NCBI GenBank assembly: GCA_034418415.1
Contig: DAOULS010000007.1
Coordinates: 4,018-68,017, forward strand
From: Dehalococcoidales bacterium
GTDB taxonomy: Bacteria; Chloroflexota; Dehalococcoidia; Dehalococcoidales; RBG-16-60-22
Direction: 5' to 3'
Length of the DNA: 64,000 nucleotides
Shown: positions 17,992 to 29,970 of the stretch, piece after piece
How the letters are laid out: every line of letters begins with the position of its first letter
Numbering within the stretch: position 1 is the stretch's first letter
Translations under genes and position numbers: made by a program
Notes under the pieces: model-generated
The model's database searches: none
The model's input: only the letters and a program-made list of their open reading frames with translations
Told to the model about the DNA's origin: nothing

Positions 17992-20202
17992 CTAGTCTCT
18001 GCGGTGGGTAATCCAGAATCCCAGCACTCCGGCTAAAACTATGACCCCGGCGATAATACCTCCAATCATCCCCCAGTTAGTCCCGGGTTCCGTCGTTGTT
18101 GGCGCCGGAGTAGGGGCGGCTGTTTGTGCCGGAGTAGTGGTGGCAGCGGGAGTTGCCGTTGGAGACGGAGCGGCTGTCTCTTCTGGTGGTGATGGGGCTG
18201 TGTCCTGCGTGGGAGAGGGGGCAGGCGTCTGGGTCGGGGATGGTGCCGGCTCCTGCGTTGGTGCCGGCGTGGGTGTTGGCTCTGTCACGATTAATACGCC
18301 GGACAGCAGGCCGATACTGATATTATAAGTACCGGCGGTATCCAGTGATACAGAAAAACTCACTGTCTGGTTCTCATGGCCTTCGAGAGTGACCTGTTTG
18401 GTTTCCGTGACGACGTCATTGATTTTGAGGACGACGCTATAGGTACCGGAAAGGTCGCCGGTATTGGTTACAAGGACGCTGATGGATGTCGTCTCACCGG
18501 TGTATATTTCCGCCGGTGTAAATATGAGGTCGCTGATGGCAAAAGAAGCAGGTTCGATGAGAGACAGCACCGCGAAGGCGGTGAAATGGGTGGTCTCACC
18601 GGTGATGGTGTGTGTTGACGGGTCAACGACTATATTTTGAAGGACGACCCATTCGCCGTTGATATCGTCGTAAAAAGCAATCGAGAGGTCCTCTTCGTTA
18701 ACCCCGGCGGGAATGTTGTTGGGGTCATAGGTGAAGGTAATGGTTACTGGCTGGTCAAATGTAGCTCCATCAGGTCTGAAGTCGTAAGTAAGACCGATAA
18801 TTGACGATTGCTCCGGGGGGTCCGGGGGGAAATTCAGGGTCAATATCATCAGATTGGCTAGCGGCTGACCGGTAGCCGTCAGACCGGTGGTGCCCCCGTC
18901 GACATTCAGCTGGACATTACCATCGCCGGAGGAGAGTGCAACGTCCTGTGTGAACAGACCTCCGCTGGTGACTACATTTGAAATATCAGTTACGCCCCCA
19001 ATAGGCGGAGGCGTCTGGTTGTTTAGTGACTCATCATCCGTATTGGTCACGATGACATCGCTGGCATTTATGTTGTTATAATTGGCATCGACGGATACTG
19101 AAGGAGCGGTAATAATCGTATAAAAGATATCGCCGTCAAAATCGGCATCATCAACACCGGTGACGGTAATGGTTTGGGGTGTATTCCAGTTCAAATTGGT
19201 AAAGGTGACATTGTCTGCCGATATGGTGCCTTCGCTGAAATCACTGCTGGTCAGCCCTATGGTCACATTATTCGTAGGCTGGGTATTGAGGACGATAGTG
19301 AAAGTATCGGTGCCGCCGATTTCAGAAGTGACAAGCCCCGCGGTAGGATTAACGGTGATGCCATAGATAACAATATTAAATGGATTAGAATCGACAGTGA
19401 CACCCCCGAAGGAAAACCTTAAAACCTTGCCCGGCCCCACGGTATTGATTTTCAGGTCATTAAAGGTGGCAATACCGTTGGCATTGGTTACCCGGGGAGA
19501 AGTGCCGGTAAGCGCGCCCGTACCGGCCTGAAGCGCTACGGCGATATTCTGGGCGGAAACGTTATTGGTGAACTGGTCGGTAGCCCTTACCGTTACCGCT
19601 GGCGATATGGCTACATTAACCAGGGTATCCGTGGGCTGCTGGATAATCGTGAGGGTGGTTATCGCGCCGGCAACCTCGGTCAGGGTACCGAAGTTGGTTG
19701 CCCCGTTTACGCCTGTAATAACTCCGGCAGTCATGGTAATGTTACCGTTTGCCAGAGGCGTACCCGCCGTCGGTCTGACCTGGATGGGAGTGACCCCGCC
19801 GATGGTCATGGTATCCGCTTCAGTAGATGAATTGGCGGTAACGGTAACCGTAATGGTATTGGCTGCAATGACAGCCGGGGTGTTGGCGGCCAGTTCGGGG
19901 GTAGCACCGGTTATGGCGACATCGGGGGCAGAGGCTGGATTAAACTCAAATCCGGCCGGAATAGTCAGGACAAAAACACCATCATCAATATCGCCGGGGG
20001 CTCCTTCGGCTATAACGATAGCGCCTAATGACGTCCAGGCACCACCGGTTGTATCTGCAGATATTGCGCCCCCACCAGCTGCCGGAGTAACGTTGGCGGC
20101 TGCCTGGGCAGGTACCGCCATTATCAGGCTGAAGTATAAAACCAGCACCAGAGCCAGTACCGCTCTTAGAATCCTGCTTTTAATTTTACTCGCCTCCCCC
20201 AC
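17992..20202 (-). CDS. Large cell-surface (S-layer/adhesin-like) protein with a C-terminal membrane anchor
   Basis: 736 aa with a GTG start. Signal peptide ...LIMAVPAQAAAN; Thr/Asn/Val-rich Ig-like repeats; a CARDB-like segment (ISVLVTNTGDLSGTYSVVLKINDVV...). A Pro/Thr linker (EPTPTPAPTQEPAPSPTQTPAPSPTQ...) is followed by EPGTNW, a TM helix and HRRD. Confidence 0.75.
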   Translation of the reverse strand: MGEASKIKSRILRAVLALVLVLYFSLIMAVPAQAAANVTPAAGGGAISADTTGGAWTSLGAIVIAEGAPGDIDDGVFVLTIPAGFEFNPASAPDVAITGATPELAANTPAVIAANTITVTVTANSSTEADTMTIGGVTPIQVRPTAGTPLANGNITMTAGVITGVNGATNFGTLTEVAGAITTLTIIQQPTDTLVNVAISPAVTVRATDQFTNNVSAQNIAVALQAGTGALTGTSPRVTNANGIATFNDLKINTVGPGKVLRFSFGGVTVDSNPFNIVIYGITVNPTAGLVTSEIGGTDTFTIVLNTQPTNNVTIGLTSSDFSEGTISADNVTFTNLNWNTPQTITVTGVDDADFDGDIFYTIITAPSVSVDANYNNINASDVIVTNTDDESLNNQTPPPIGGVTDISNVVTSGGLFTQDVALSSGDGNVQLNVDGGTTGLTATGQPLANLMILTLNFPPDPPEQSSIIGLTYDFRPDGATFDQPVTITFTYDPNNIPAGVNEEDLSIAFYDDINGEWVVLQNIVVDPSTHTITGETTHFTAFAVLSLIEPASFAISDLIFTPAEIYTGETTSISVLVTNTGDLSGTYSVVLKINDVVTETKQVTLEGHENQTVSFSVSLDTAGTYNISIGLLSGVLIVTEPTPTPAPTQEPAPSPTQTPAPSPTQDTAPSPPEETAAPSPTATPAATTTPAQTAAPTPAPTTTEPGTNWGMIGGIIAGVIVLAGVLGFWITHRRD

Positions 20203-20417
20203 CTTGAAGGCTTTTTATTAAACTCTTTATGATTATTAAAAATAAAAAACAATATCAAATTATACCCTAGTCCAAAAAACGGCAAATGTCAAGGGGTTTT
20301 GAGATAAAATTTGTCAGAGATGGACTAAAAAGCAACAGGTTTTAAAGCCGGTTTCTTTGATATTTAAATATTTAAACAGAAATTATAACTTTATATTATT
20401 GAGTTCAACAATCGTGT

Positions 20418-20603
20418 TTAATCGGTGAGGTCTTCGATGGGGGCAGACGGGGCGTTTTCCTTAACAGACTGTATGCCGTTTTTGGCATCGGCTTTATTCA
20501 CATAGCCCTCGCCTGAATCAGCGATTATCTGCCCGTTCGAATGGCGAAGTCTCCAGCGGTATTCTCCCTTTGCATCCTTAAGTAACTCGAACGTGGCTGC
20601 CAT
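20418..20603 (-). CDS. YegP/DUF1508 family protein
   Basis: 61 aa: MAATFELLKDAKGEYRWRLRHSNGQIIADSGEGYVNKADAKNGIQSVKENA..., matching the DUF1508 repeat consensus as I recall it. Confidence 0.75.
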   Translation of the reverse strand: MAATFELLKDAKGEYRWRLRHSNGQIIADSGEGYVNKADAKNGIQSVKENAPSAPIEDLTD

Positions 20604-20762
20604 ATTATGCCTCCTTTCTTAAAAATATACTTAGTGGAGGAAACAGGCATACAACATTATATTCACGTGATATACCCCTGTCAATAAAAATAGCAAAAAA
20701 TTGATGTATATTGGACATCTGTCATTGGGGCTGGATGGAAAAAGAAAGAAAGGTTACGTAAG

Positions 20763-23700
20763 TCAGCGTGACGCTTTTCTAATATCCTCGTGGTAATTCT
20801 GGAGGGATTTAACGTCCTCCCGACCCTCGCGGTAAGCGGTAATACCCTTGACAGCCGCTCTGGCCGCCGCCAGCGTGGTGATATAGGGCACGCGGTACTT
20901 GATAGCCGCCTTGCGGATATAGGAGTCGTCATAGCGGCTTAACTTGCCGGTGGGCGTGTTGATTAACAGATTTATTTCCTTGTTCTTGATGGCGTCGGTG
21001 ATGTTGGGGCGGCCCTCATGCTCTTTTAAAATATGCTCACTGGAGATGCCCTTGCCGGCTAAATACTCGCCCGTGCCCTCGGTGGCTCTGATTTTAAAGC
21101 CTAGTTTAGCGAACCCGGCCGCCACCTCCGCCGCCGCGGCGCGGTCGGATTCCGTGACGGTGATGAGCACGGTGCCTTCGGTGGGCAGGCGGTTGACCGC
21201 CTCCTGCGCTTTCCAGTAGGCCATGCCGAAAGAATCGGCGATGCCCAGCACCTCGCCGGTGGACTTCATTTCCGGTCGTAAAACGGGGTCGACCTCCGGG
21301 AACATGTTGAAGGGGAAGACGGACTCCTTGACGCCGTGGTGGGGAATTTTCCAGTTCTTGAGTCCGAGGTCCTTGACCTTTTTACCCATGATAATCTGCG
21401 TTGCCAGGCGCGCCATCTGCACGGAACAGACCTTGGAGACGACGGGCACGGTGCGGGAGGCGCGCGGGTTGACCTCGATGACGTAAACGACGTCGTTGCA
21501 GAGGACGTACTGCACGTTCATCAGGCCGACCACCTCAAGCTCAATGGCGATGCGGCGTGTGTATTCGTTGATGGTATCGATGTGTTTCTGGGAGAGGCTG
21601 ACCGGAGGCAGGACACAGGCGGCATCGCCGGAATGGACGCCGGCGTATTCGATATGCTCCATGATAGTGGGTATAAACACATCCTTGCCGTCGGACACGG
21701 CGTCCGCCTCTATTTCGATAGAGTCCTCGAGGTAGCGCTCGATAAGGAGGGGACGGTCGGGGGTAACGGCGACGGCCGCGGTGACATACTGCTGCAGCTC
21801 TTCCTCATCGTGGATGATTTCCATGCCCCGGCCGCCGAGCACGTAAGAAGGCCGTACGATGAGCGGGAAGCCGATGCGTCTCCCGATAGTGAATGCCTCA
21901 TCGAGGCTGCTGGCCATGTCCGATTCCGGCATGGGGATGCCATATTTTTCCATCATCTCGCCGAAACGCCCACGGTCGGAGGCGATATCGATGGAATTAA
22001 CCGATGTGCCCAGCACCTTAACGCCGTGCTCCTCCAGTTCTGCGGCGATGTTGAGCGGCGTCTGCCCGCCGAACTGGACGATTATCCCAAGGGGCTTTTC
22101 TTTCTCGTAGATATTTAATACATCCTCAACGGTCAAAGGCTCGAAGTACAGCTTGTCCGAGGTATCGAAGTCAGTGGAGACCGTCTCCGGATTGCAGTTA
22201 ATCATCAGCGTCTCATAGCCCTCGTCCTTTAAGGCGTAAGCGGCATGGACACAGCAGTAGTCGAACTCGATACCCTGGCCGATGCGGATAGGCCCGCTGC
22301 CCACGACGATGACCTTTTTCTTCTGCGTCGGCTGTGCCTCGTCCTCCGTCTCGTAAGTGCTGTAATAATAGGGCGTGGCGGCGTCGAACTCGGCGGCGCA
22401 GGTATCCACGATTTTATAAACCGTCTCGATTTGCCAGTCCTGCCGCAGCTGCCTCACCTGCCGCAAAGACTGCCCCGTTAAAGCCCCGATTTGGTCGTCG
22501 GTGAAGCCGAGTCGCTTGGCGGAGAGCAGGTTATCTTTAGAAAGCTTCTCCGTCTGCAGCTTTTTTTCCATATCGATTATGTTCTGCATCTTGTTAATGA
22601 ACCAGATGTCGATTTTCGTATGCTCCGCCAGCGCCTCCGGCGTTTTGCCTCTTCTCAAGGCGGCCATAATAGCCCACAGTCGGGCCTCGTTGGGGAAGAG
22701 GGGGTAAGAAAGGAGGTCGTCAGTCAGTTTCCACTCGGGGTCTTCCCACAGCAGCGAGCGCTTGCTGAACTCCAGCGAGCGGACGGCTTTCTGGAGGGCG
22801 GCCTCGAAACAGCGGTCGATAGACATGACCTCGCCGGTGGCTTTCATCTGCGTGCCTAGAGTGGGGTTACTGGCGGCGAATTTATCGAACGGCCAGCGGG
22901 GAATCTTAACTACAATGTAGTCCAGCGCTGGCTCGAAGCAGGCCATCGTCTTGCCGGTTACCTGGTTGGGAATCTCGTCCAGCCGCTTACCGATAGCGAT
23001 TTTTGAAGCCACGCGGGCGATAGGATAGCCGGTGGCTTTACTCGCCAGGGCGGAGGAGCGGCTGACGCGGGGATTGACCTCGATGACGTAGTAATTTTCA
23101 CTCACGGTGTCGAGGGCAAACTGGATGTTACAGCCGCCCTCGATGCCCAGCGCGCGGATAATTTTGAGGCTGGCGGTACGCAGCATCTGGTACTCTTTAT
23201 TGTTCAGGGTCTGGCTGGGGGCGACCACGATGCTGTCGCCGGTATGCACCCCCATGGGGTCGAAGTTTTCCATGTTGCACACGGTGATGCAGTTATCGGC
23301 GCCGTCCCGCATGACTTCATACTCGATTTCCTTCCAGCCGGCCACGGACTTTTCCAGCAGCACCTGGTGAATGGGGCTGGTGGCCAGTCCTTTGGGGACG
23401 ACGATCTCCAGTTCCTCGAGGTTCATCGCCGCGCCGCCGCCGGTGCCGCCTAATGTAAAGGCGGGGCGGATGATGAGGGGGAGGCCTATTTCCTTAGCCG
23501 CCTCCCGCGCCTGCTCCATGGTATTAACACTGGCGCTGGGCGGCACGGGCTCCCCGATTTTAATCAGGAGTTTCTTAAAAAGCTCGCGGTCTTCCGCGTT
23601 CCTGATCGTCTCGATGGGCGTGCCCAGACTTTTGACGTTATATTTTTCCAGGACCCCGGCGTCGGCCAGCTCCACGGCCAGGTTAAGTCCGGTCTGTCCG

Positions 23701-23960
23701 CCGAGGGTGGGCAGCAAACCGTCCGGGCGCTCTTTTTCAATGATACGTGTCAGGGTTTCCACGTTCAGGGGCTCGATATACACCACATCGGCGATGCCTT
23801 CATCGGTCATAATGGTAGCCGGATTTGAGTTCACCAGCACGGAAACGATGCCCTCTTCACGCATGGCTTTGCACGCCTGCGTGCCGGCGTAGTCGAACTC
23901 CGCCGCCTGCCCGATGATGATGGGGCCCGAACCGATTATCAATACTTTAGATGGTTTCAA
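20763..23960 (-). CDS. carB: Carbamoyl-phosphate synthase large subunit
   Basis: 1065 aa, [32 protein letters not shown]..., with duplicated ATP-grasp halves and an MGS-like C-terminus. Confidence 0.97.
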   Translation of the reverse strand: MKPSKVLIIGSGPIIIGQAAEFDYAGTQACKAMREEGIVSVLVNSNPATIMTDEGIADVVYIEPLNVETLTRIIEKERPDGLLPTLGGQTGLNLAVELADAGVLEKYNVKSLGTPIETIRNAEDRELFKKLLIKIGEPVPPSASVNTMEQAREAAKEIGLPLIIRPAFTLGGTGGGAAMNLEELEIVVPKGLATSPIHQVLLEKSVAGWKEIEYEVMRDGADNCITVCNMENFDPMGVHTGDSIVVAPSQTLNNKEYQMLRTASLKIIRALGIEGGCNIQFALDTVSENYYVIEVNPRVSRSSALASKATGYPIARVASKIAIGKRLDEIPNQVTGKTMACFEPALDYIVVKIPRWPFDKFAASNPTLGTQMKATGEVMSIDRCFEAALQKAVRSLEFSKRSLLWEDPEWKLTDDLLSYPLFPNEARLWAIMAALRRGKTPEALAEHTKIDIWFINKMQNIIDMEKKLQTEKLSKDNLLSAKRLGFTDDQIGALTGQSLRQVRQLRQDWQIETVYKIVDTCAAEFDAATPYYYSTYETEDEAQPTQKKKVIVVGSGPIRIGQGIEFDYCCVHAAYALKDEGYETLMINCNPETVSTDFDTSDKLYFEPLTVEDVLNIYEKEKPLGIIVQFGGQTPLNIAAELEEHGVKVLGTSVNSIDIASDRGRFGEMMEKYGIPMPESDMASSLDEAFTIGRRIGFPLIVRPSYVLGGRGMEIIHDEEELQQYVTAAVAVTPDRPLLIERYLEDSIEIEADAVSDGKDVFIPTIMEHIEYAGVHSGDAACVLPPVSLSQKHIDTINEYTRRIAIELEVVGLMNVQYVLCNDVVYVIEVNPRASRTVPVVSKVCSVQMARLATQIIMGKKVKDLGLKNWKIPHHGVKESVFPFNMFPEVDPVLRPEMKSTGEVLGIADSFGMAYWKAQEAVNRLPTEGTVLITVTESDRAAAAEVAAGFAKLGFKIRATEGTGEYLAGKGISSEHILKEHEGRPNITDAIKNKEINLLINTPTGKLSRYDDSYIRKAAIKYRVPYITTLAAARAAVKGITAYREGREDVKSLQNYHEDIRKASR

Positions 23961-25048
23961 GACTGATTTCCTTCTATCATCTTTAAAAATCTATCGAAAA
24001 GATAGGTGCTGTCCCAGGGACCCGGCGATGCTTCGGAGTGGTACTGGATGGCAAAGATAGGCAGTTCTTTATGACGCAGCCCTTCGACCGTGCCGTCGTT
24101 GAGGTTGATGTGGGTGATTTCCAGTCCGCCCTTGATACTATCGGCATCCGCGGCATAGCCGTGGTTTTGCGCCGTGATATAGACCCGGCCGGTAGCCAGC
24201 TCGCGTACGGGATGATTGCCGCCGCGATGCCCGAATTTAAGTTTATAGTTGCGGCCGCCGAAAGCCCGGGCGATAAGCTGGTTACCCAGGCAGATGCCCA
24301 TGATGGGCTTCTTATCAACCAGCTCCTTGACCGTAGCGACGATATAGTCCAGCAGCTCGGGGTCGCCGGGACCGGGTGAAAGCAGAATGCCGTCCGGCTT
24401 GAGAGAGAGGACTTCCTTAGCCGAAGTAGTGCAGGGGACGACGGTCACGCTGCAGCCCAGCCGGTTGAGGATGCGCAGGATGTTGAACTTTAAGCCGTAA
24501 TCAATAACGACGACATGATGCTTCGTTTTTTGGTTACCATTTTGCCATTGGTAGGTTTTTTTCGTGGAGACCTGCTTCACAAAATCGATGGTGCCGTAGT
24601 CCGGCGTACGGCGCAATTCCTCCAGCGCCTGCTGGGGAGTCTTACTGCTGGTTATTATGCCCATCATCACGCCGTGCGAGCGCAGGCGGCGGGTAAGCGC
24701 GCGGGTGTCCACGCCGTAAATGCCGGGGGTCTTGCTGCGCTTAAGATATTCATGGATGGTCTCTTGATTAAGGTAGTGGCTGGGCTCGAGACACTGTTCC
24801 CGCACCGTAAAGCCGCGCACCTGTATCTTGTTCGATTCAAAGTCCTGCTCATTAGTGCCGTAGTTGCCGATAAGAGGGTAGGTGGGGACCAGAATCTGGC
24901 CGGCATAGGATGGGTCGGTGAGCATTTCCTGGTAGCCGACCATGCTGGTGCAAAAGACGACTTCACCCACGGCGTCGTCCATAGCACCGAAGGCATACCC
25001 GTGATAAACCGTGCCGTCTTCTAGGACTAAAAATGCTTGTTTATCCAT
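23957..25048 (-). CDS. carA: Carbamoyl-phosphate synthase small (glutaminase) subunit
   Basis: 363 aa with the catalytic GICLGNQL and the ...HRGGNHPV... and [10 protein letters not shown] motifs. It has a 4-nt overlap with carB. Confidence 0.96.
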   Translation of the reverse strand: MDKQAFLVLEDGTVYHGYAFGAMDDAVGEVVFCTSMVGYQEMLTDPSYAGQILVPTYPLIGNYGTNEQDFESNKIQVRGFTVREQCLEPSHYLNQETIHEYLKRSKTPGIYGVDTRALTRRLRSHGVMMGIITSSKTPQQALEELRRTPDYGTIDFVKQVSTKKTYQWQNGNQKTKHHVVVIDYGLKFNILRILNRLGCSVTVVPCTTSAKEVLSLKPDGILLSPGPGDPELLDYIVATVKELVDKKPIMGICLGNQLIARAFGGRNYKLKFGHRGGNHPVRELATGRVYITAQNHGYAADADSIKGGLEITHINLNDGTVEGLRHKELPIFAIQYHSEASPGPWDSTYLFDRFLKMIEGNQS

Positions 25049-25124
25049 GAGATTTTCAAACCCCTAGAATTCTAGCATAAACTACTTTGTTTCGTACATA
25101 TCTAACTATGTTGTAGCCTGTATT

Positions 25125-25170
25125 CTCTTTACAAAAAAATAACGGGAGGGGGTGCCGCCCCCCTCCCGTT
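25125..25170 (-). terminator. Rho-independent terminator of the amt-glnK operon
   Basis: AACGGGAGGGGG-tgccgc-CCCCCTCCCGTT (25141-25170), a 12-bp stem. On the minus strand it is followed by TTATTTTTTTG. Confidence 0.75.
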
Positions 25171-25247
25171 ACCTGCGCCCTTCCCGGGCGCGAAAAGAGA
25201 GGAAAAATTAAAGGATAATATTCTGCTTAATATCCTTCCTCTTATAC

Positions 25248-26821
<1,574 letters not shown>

Positions 26822-26864
26822 CGACCTCCTTATGGTCTTGATGCCTTCATTTTAGCGGGCTAAT

Positions 26865-26891
26865 GTTACGCGTGGATTACGGAGAGGTTAC
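26865..26891 (-). promoter_or_regulatory. Three direct pentamer repeats at 11-bp spacing upstream of amt (candidate OmpR-family binding site)
   Basis: Minus strand reads GTAAC-ctctcc-GTAAT-ccacgc-GTAAC (plus-strand pentamers start at 26865, 26876 and 26887). A TAAAAT -10 hexamer lies 10 nt downstream and there is no TTGACA-like -35 at the expected position. Confidence 0.45.
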
Positions 26892-26915
26892 ATTTGTGTT
26901 AAAAAAGACCTGCGG

Positions 26916-27650
26916 TTAGCTGCCCTTGGTAAACCGGTAGCCAATATTGCGTACGGTCTCGATGTAAGTGTGGTTAGCGTCCTCAATTTTGCTGCGGAGT
27001 CGCCGCATATGCACGTCCACGGTGCGGTCGCCGCCGTAATAATCGTATCCCCAGATTTTATTCAGCAGGGCTTCGCGTGTAAAGACCCGGCCGGGACTGC
27101 CGGCCATCAGCTTAAGCAGCTCGTATTCCTTATAGGTAAGGTCGGCTTTCTTGCCGTCCACGGTCACCTCGCAGGTAACCAGGTCGATGGTCAGCCCGTT
27201 GCGCTTTATCCTCTCATTACCATCGGCTTCTCCGGACTGGCGCAGCAGGCGTTTTATCCGCAGCAAAAGCTCGGTATTATCGTAAGGATAGATAATAAAA
27301 TCATCTATCTCATTATAATCATCAAGTCCCACCAGGTCCTCCGCCGTAACCAGAGCTATTACCGGTATTTTTTTCTGTTTTTTCAGGTTGACGGTGAGTT
27401 CCGTAGCACTTTTATCGAAACGGCGGCTATTATCGGCGATAATCAGGTGCGGAGCCTGGGTTTCAATTTTTTGTAGAGCATCGTCGCAGGCAATACTCGC
27501 GCAATCATAGCCGCCGCGAGCGATTTCCCGTCGCATGGTATCCGTTGCTGCAGTATCCGCGGTAATTATCAGCACACGTTCCATAACACTATTTCCGTCG
27601 GTAAACGCCGGTAATTTTTTAGCACCGTTTCTCTTCATAGATAATACCAT
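26916..27650 (-). CDS. OmpR/PhoB-family response regulator with an atypical receiver domain (orphan, GlnR-like context)
   Basis: 244 aa (alternative start at 27584, MERVLIIT...). It has a winged-helix C-terminus (...LTYKEYELLKLMAGSPGRVFTREALLNKIWGYDYYGGDRTVDVHMRRLRSKIED...GYRF). In the receiver, the DD pair reads TAD and the conserved Lys-Pro reads YPY. No histidine kinase is in the window. Confidence 0.8.
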   Translation of the reverse strand: MVLSMKRNGAKKLPAFTDGNSVMERVLIITADTAATDTMRREIARGGYDCASIACDDALQKIETQAPHLIIADNSRRFDKSATELTVNLKKQKKIPVIALVTAEDLVGLDDYNEIDDFIIYPYDNTELLLRIKRLLRQSGEADGNERIKRNGLTIDLVTCEVTVDGKKADLTYKEYELLKLMAGSPGRVFTREALLNKIWGYDYYGGDRTVDVHMRRLRSKIEDANHTYIETVRNIGYRFTKGS

Positions 27651-27667
27651 CTTATATCTTCTTGGCG

Positions 27668-28426
27668 TTAATAGGCGTAAAGTCGGCCGTAAGGACGCAG
27701 CCAGCGCGGATACAACTTGATAAAGTTACCTTTTAAGATATCATCGGCATTAAAACCAAACAGCTCGGAGAATACCGATACATGCTCCTTGATAACGGCG
27801 TTGTCTTTCTCGTTCAATTTAGCCACGCCGACCTCCCGGCCGAGGTGGTATTTAGGGATGTTGCCCCGTACGTAGATAACCCCGCCGTGCATCCCCGTGC
27901 CCACGTATCGGGAAAGGTGGTCCTGGCCTTCCTTTAGATTCAAGCCCAGCAGGATAATGGTGCCTCCGGCCATGTACTCCCCGAGAAAGTCCTGGGCGGT
28001 CCCGCCGATGACGATGACGGGCTTTTTACTCTGATACTCCTTCATGTGGATGCCGGCGCGGTAGCCCACGTCATTACGAATATAGATTTTCCCGCCCCGG
28101 GCGGAAAGCCCGGCGGTATCACCGGCGCGACCATGAACGATGATTTCGCCCTCGTTCATGGTGTTGCCGCAGCCGTCCTGCGCGCTGCCGTGAACGATGA
28201 TGCGCGGTCCGTTCATGAAAGCGCCGAGGTCGTTGCCGGGCGTGCCGTATATCTCGATTTCCACCGGCTTGTCCAGGTCTGTGCCGATATACCGCTGACC
28301 GTAAACGTTCTGCAGTTCGATTTTGGTCGCGCCGTTAGCGATAGCTTTCCTAAGCCGCGCGTTCAGGTCCCGGTAATAAACACCGGCGGAATCTATTTTC
28401 ATTATCGTTTTACTCATCGTCGTCAT
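27668..28426 (-). CDS. Glutamate synthase GXGXG-domain subunit (GltB domain 3, archaeal-type split GOGAT)
   Basis: 252 aa with repeated G-x-x-G-x-x-x-G beta-helix units (IYGTPGNDLGAFMNGPRIIVHGSAQDGCGNTMNEGEIIVHGRAGDTAGLSARGGKIYIRNDVGYRAG...). Confidence 0.85.
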   Translation of the reverse strand: MTTMSKTIMKIDSAGVYYRDLNARLRKAIANGATKIELQNVYGQRYIGTDLDKPVEIEIYGTPGNDLGAFMNGPRIIVHGSAQDGCGNTMNEGEIIVHGRAGDTAGLSARGGKIYIRNDVGYRAGIHMKEYQSKKPVIVIGGTAQDFLGEYMAGGTIILLGLNLKEGQDHLSRYVGTGMHGGVIYVRGNIPKYHLGREVGVAKLNEKDNAVIKEHVSVFSELFGFNADDILKGNFIKLYPRWLRPYGRLYAY

Positions 28427-28428
28427 CT

Positions 28429-29934
28429 TTAACTACCCGCCATTTTAATCCCCAGTATCCCCAGCTCGGTATCGGAGAGCCCGATGCCGCGCAGGTGCAG
28501 GCGGTTGCCCCGCAGGCTTTCCAGCGCATTGACGCCGAGTCCGCCGAGGATGTCTTTAAGCTCGATGCTCCAGCCGCGAAGCAGATTGGCCGCCCGCCGC
28601 GCGCCGATTTCTGGGTTGATACGCTTGGTCAGCCGCAGGTCGGTGGTGCAGATGCCCCAGGCGCACTTGCCGGTATGGCACTGCTGGCAGACGTGGCAGC
28701 CCAGCGAAATAAGCGCGGCCGTCCCGATATAGACGGCGTCGGCGCCGAGAGCAATAGCCTTTGCCACGTCGCCGCTGCTGCGGATGCCCCCGGCTATCAC
28801 CAGTGAAGCCCGGTGGCGGATGCCTTCCTGTCTCAAGCGGGTGTCCACTGAAGCCAGCGCCAGCTCGATAGGAATGCCCACGTTATCGCGGATGACCTTG
28901 GGTGCCGCGCCGGTCGCCCCGCGCAGCCCATCAAGGACAACGATATCCGCCCCGCCCCGAACGATGCCGCTGGCGATGGCGGCGGAGTTGTGCACGGCGG
29001 CTATCTTGACCGACACCGGCTTGGTGTAATTCGTAGCTTCCTTAAGCGCGTAAATAAGCTGCGCCAGGTCTTCGATGGAGTAAATATCGTGCTGGGGCGC
29101 CGGCGATAAAGCGTCGGTGCCTTCCGGAATCATGCGCGTCAGCGAAACGTCGGCGCTGACCTTCTCGCCCGGCAGGTGCCCGCCGATACCCGGCTTGGCA
29201 CCCTGGCCGATTTTAATTTCCACTACTCTGGCGGCATCCAGGTAATCGGCATGCACGCCGAAGCGCCCCGAGGCCACCTGTACAATGGTGTTATCGCCGT
29301 ATTTATAGAGGCTGGGGTGCAGGCCGCCTTCGCCGGTATTCCAGAGCGTGCCCATTTCTGTGGCCGCCCTGGCCAGCGATTCCTGTACGTTGAGGCTGAC
29401 TGCCCCGTAGGACATGGCGGAAAACATCACCGGCACGTCCAGTTTGACCTGCGGCGTCATCTTCGTCTTTAAATTATTCTTGCCTGGCCCCAGTTCCAGC
29501 CGTTCCGGCTTTTGCCCGAGGTAAGTAGTTAATTCCATCGGCTCGCGGAGGGGGTCGATGGAGGGGTTGGTCACCTGGCTGGCATTAAGCACGATGTGGT
29601 CCCAGTAAATCCGCTGTGTTTTATCGTCGCCCATGCCGGTAAGCAACACGCCACCGGTCTCCGCCTGCTTGGCGATGTCCTCGATGATATCCGGACGCCA
29701 GTTATAGTTGCCGCGGTAGTCCAGCGGGTTATAGGTCACCCGGATGGCGTTAGTGGGACAGAACGCCTCGCAGCGATGGCAGCCCACACACAACTCCTCG
29801 CGACTCTTTACCTTATCTTCTTCGGCGTCGTAGTAGTTCGCCCCGAAGCTGCACTGGTTGACGCAGACCTGGCACTGAATGCAGCGGTCTTCGTCTCTAT
29901 TTATTTTAAATTTAGGTGTTATGAATGTTTTCAT
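28429..29934 (-). CDS. Glutamate synthase FMN/Fe-S central-domain subunit (GltB domain 2) with an N-terminal 2x[4Fe-4S] ferredoxin module
   Basis: 501 aa with CIQCQVCVNQC and CVGCHRCEAFCP motifs, then ...GEGG..., ...IKIGQGAKPGIGGHLPG..., ...LDGLRGATGAAP.... Confidence 0.88.
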   Translation of the reverse strand: MKTFITPKFKINRDEDRCIQCQVCVNQCSFGANYYDAEEDKVKSREELCVGCHRCEAFCPTNAIRVTYNPLDYRGNYNWRPDIIEDIAKQAETGGVLLTGMGDDKTQRIYWDHIVLNASQVTNPSIDPLREPMELTTYLGQKPERLELGPGKNNLKTKMTPQVKLDVPVMFSAMSYGAVSLNVQESLARAATEMGTLWNTGEGGLHPSLYKYGDNTIVQVASGRFGVHADYLDAARVVEIKIGQGAKPGIGGHLPGEKVSADVSLTRMIPEGTDALSPAPQHDIYSIEDLAQLIYALKEATNYTKPVSVKIAAVHNSAAIASGIVRGGADIVVLDGLRGATGAAPKVIRDNVGIPIELALASVDTRLRQEGIRHRASLVIAGGIRSSGDVAKAIALGADAVYIGTAALISLGCHVCQQCHTGKCAWGICTTDLRLTKRINPEIGARRAANLLRGWSIELKDILGGLGVNALESLRGNRLHLRGIGLSDTELGILGIKMAGS

Positions 29935-29970
29935 TTGTTTACCCTGAGTTACTAACTCGTGTCGCGCCGT

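Noticed and set aside
21336-22118. 260-aa plus-strand ORF, and many similar ORFs at 21223-23892, inside the carB region
   Set aside because: These lie antisense to an unmistakable carB reading frame. Their translations are low-complexity and Arg/Gly/His-rich, typical of shadow ORFs in GC-rich DNA, and they have no RBS or family resemblance.
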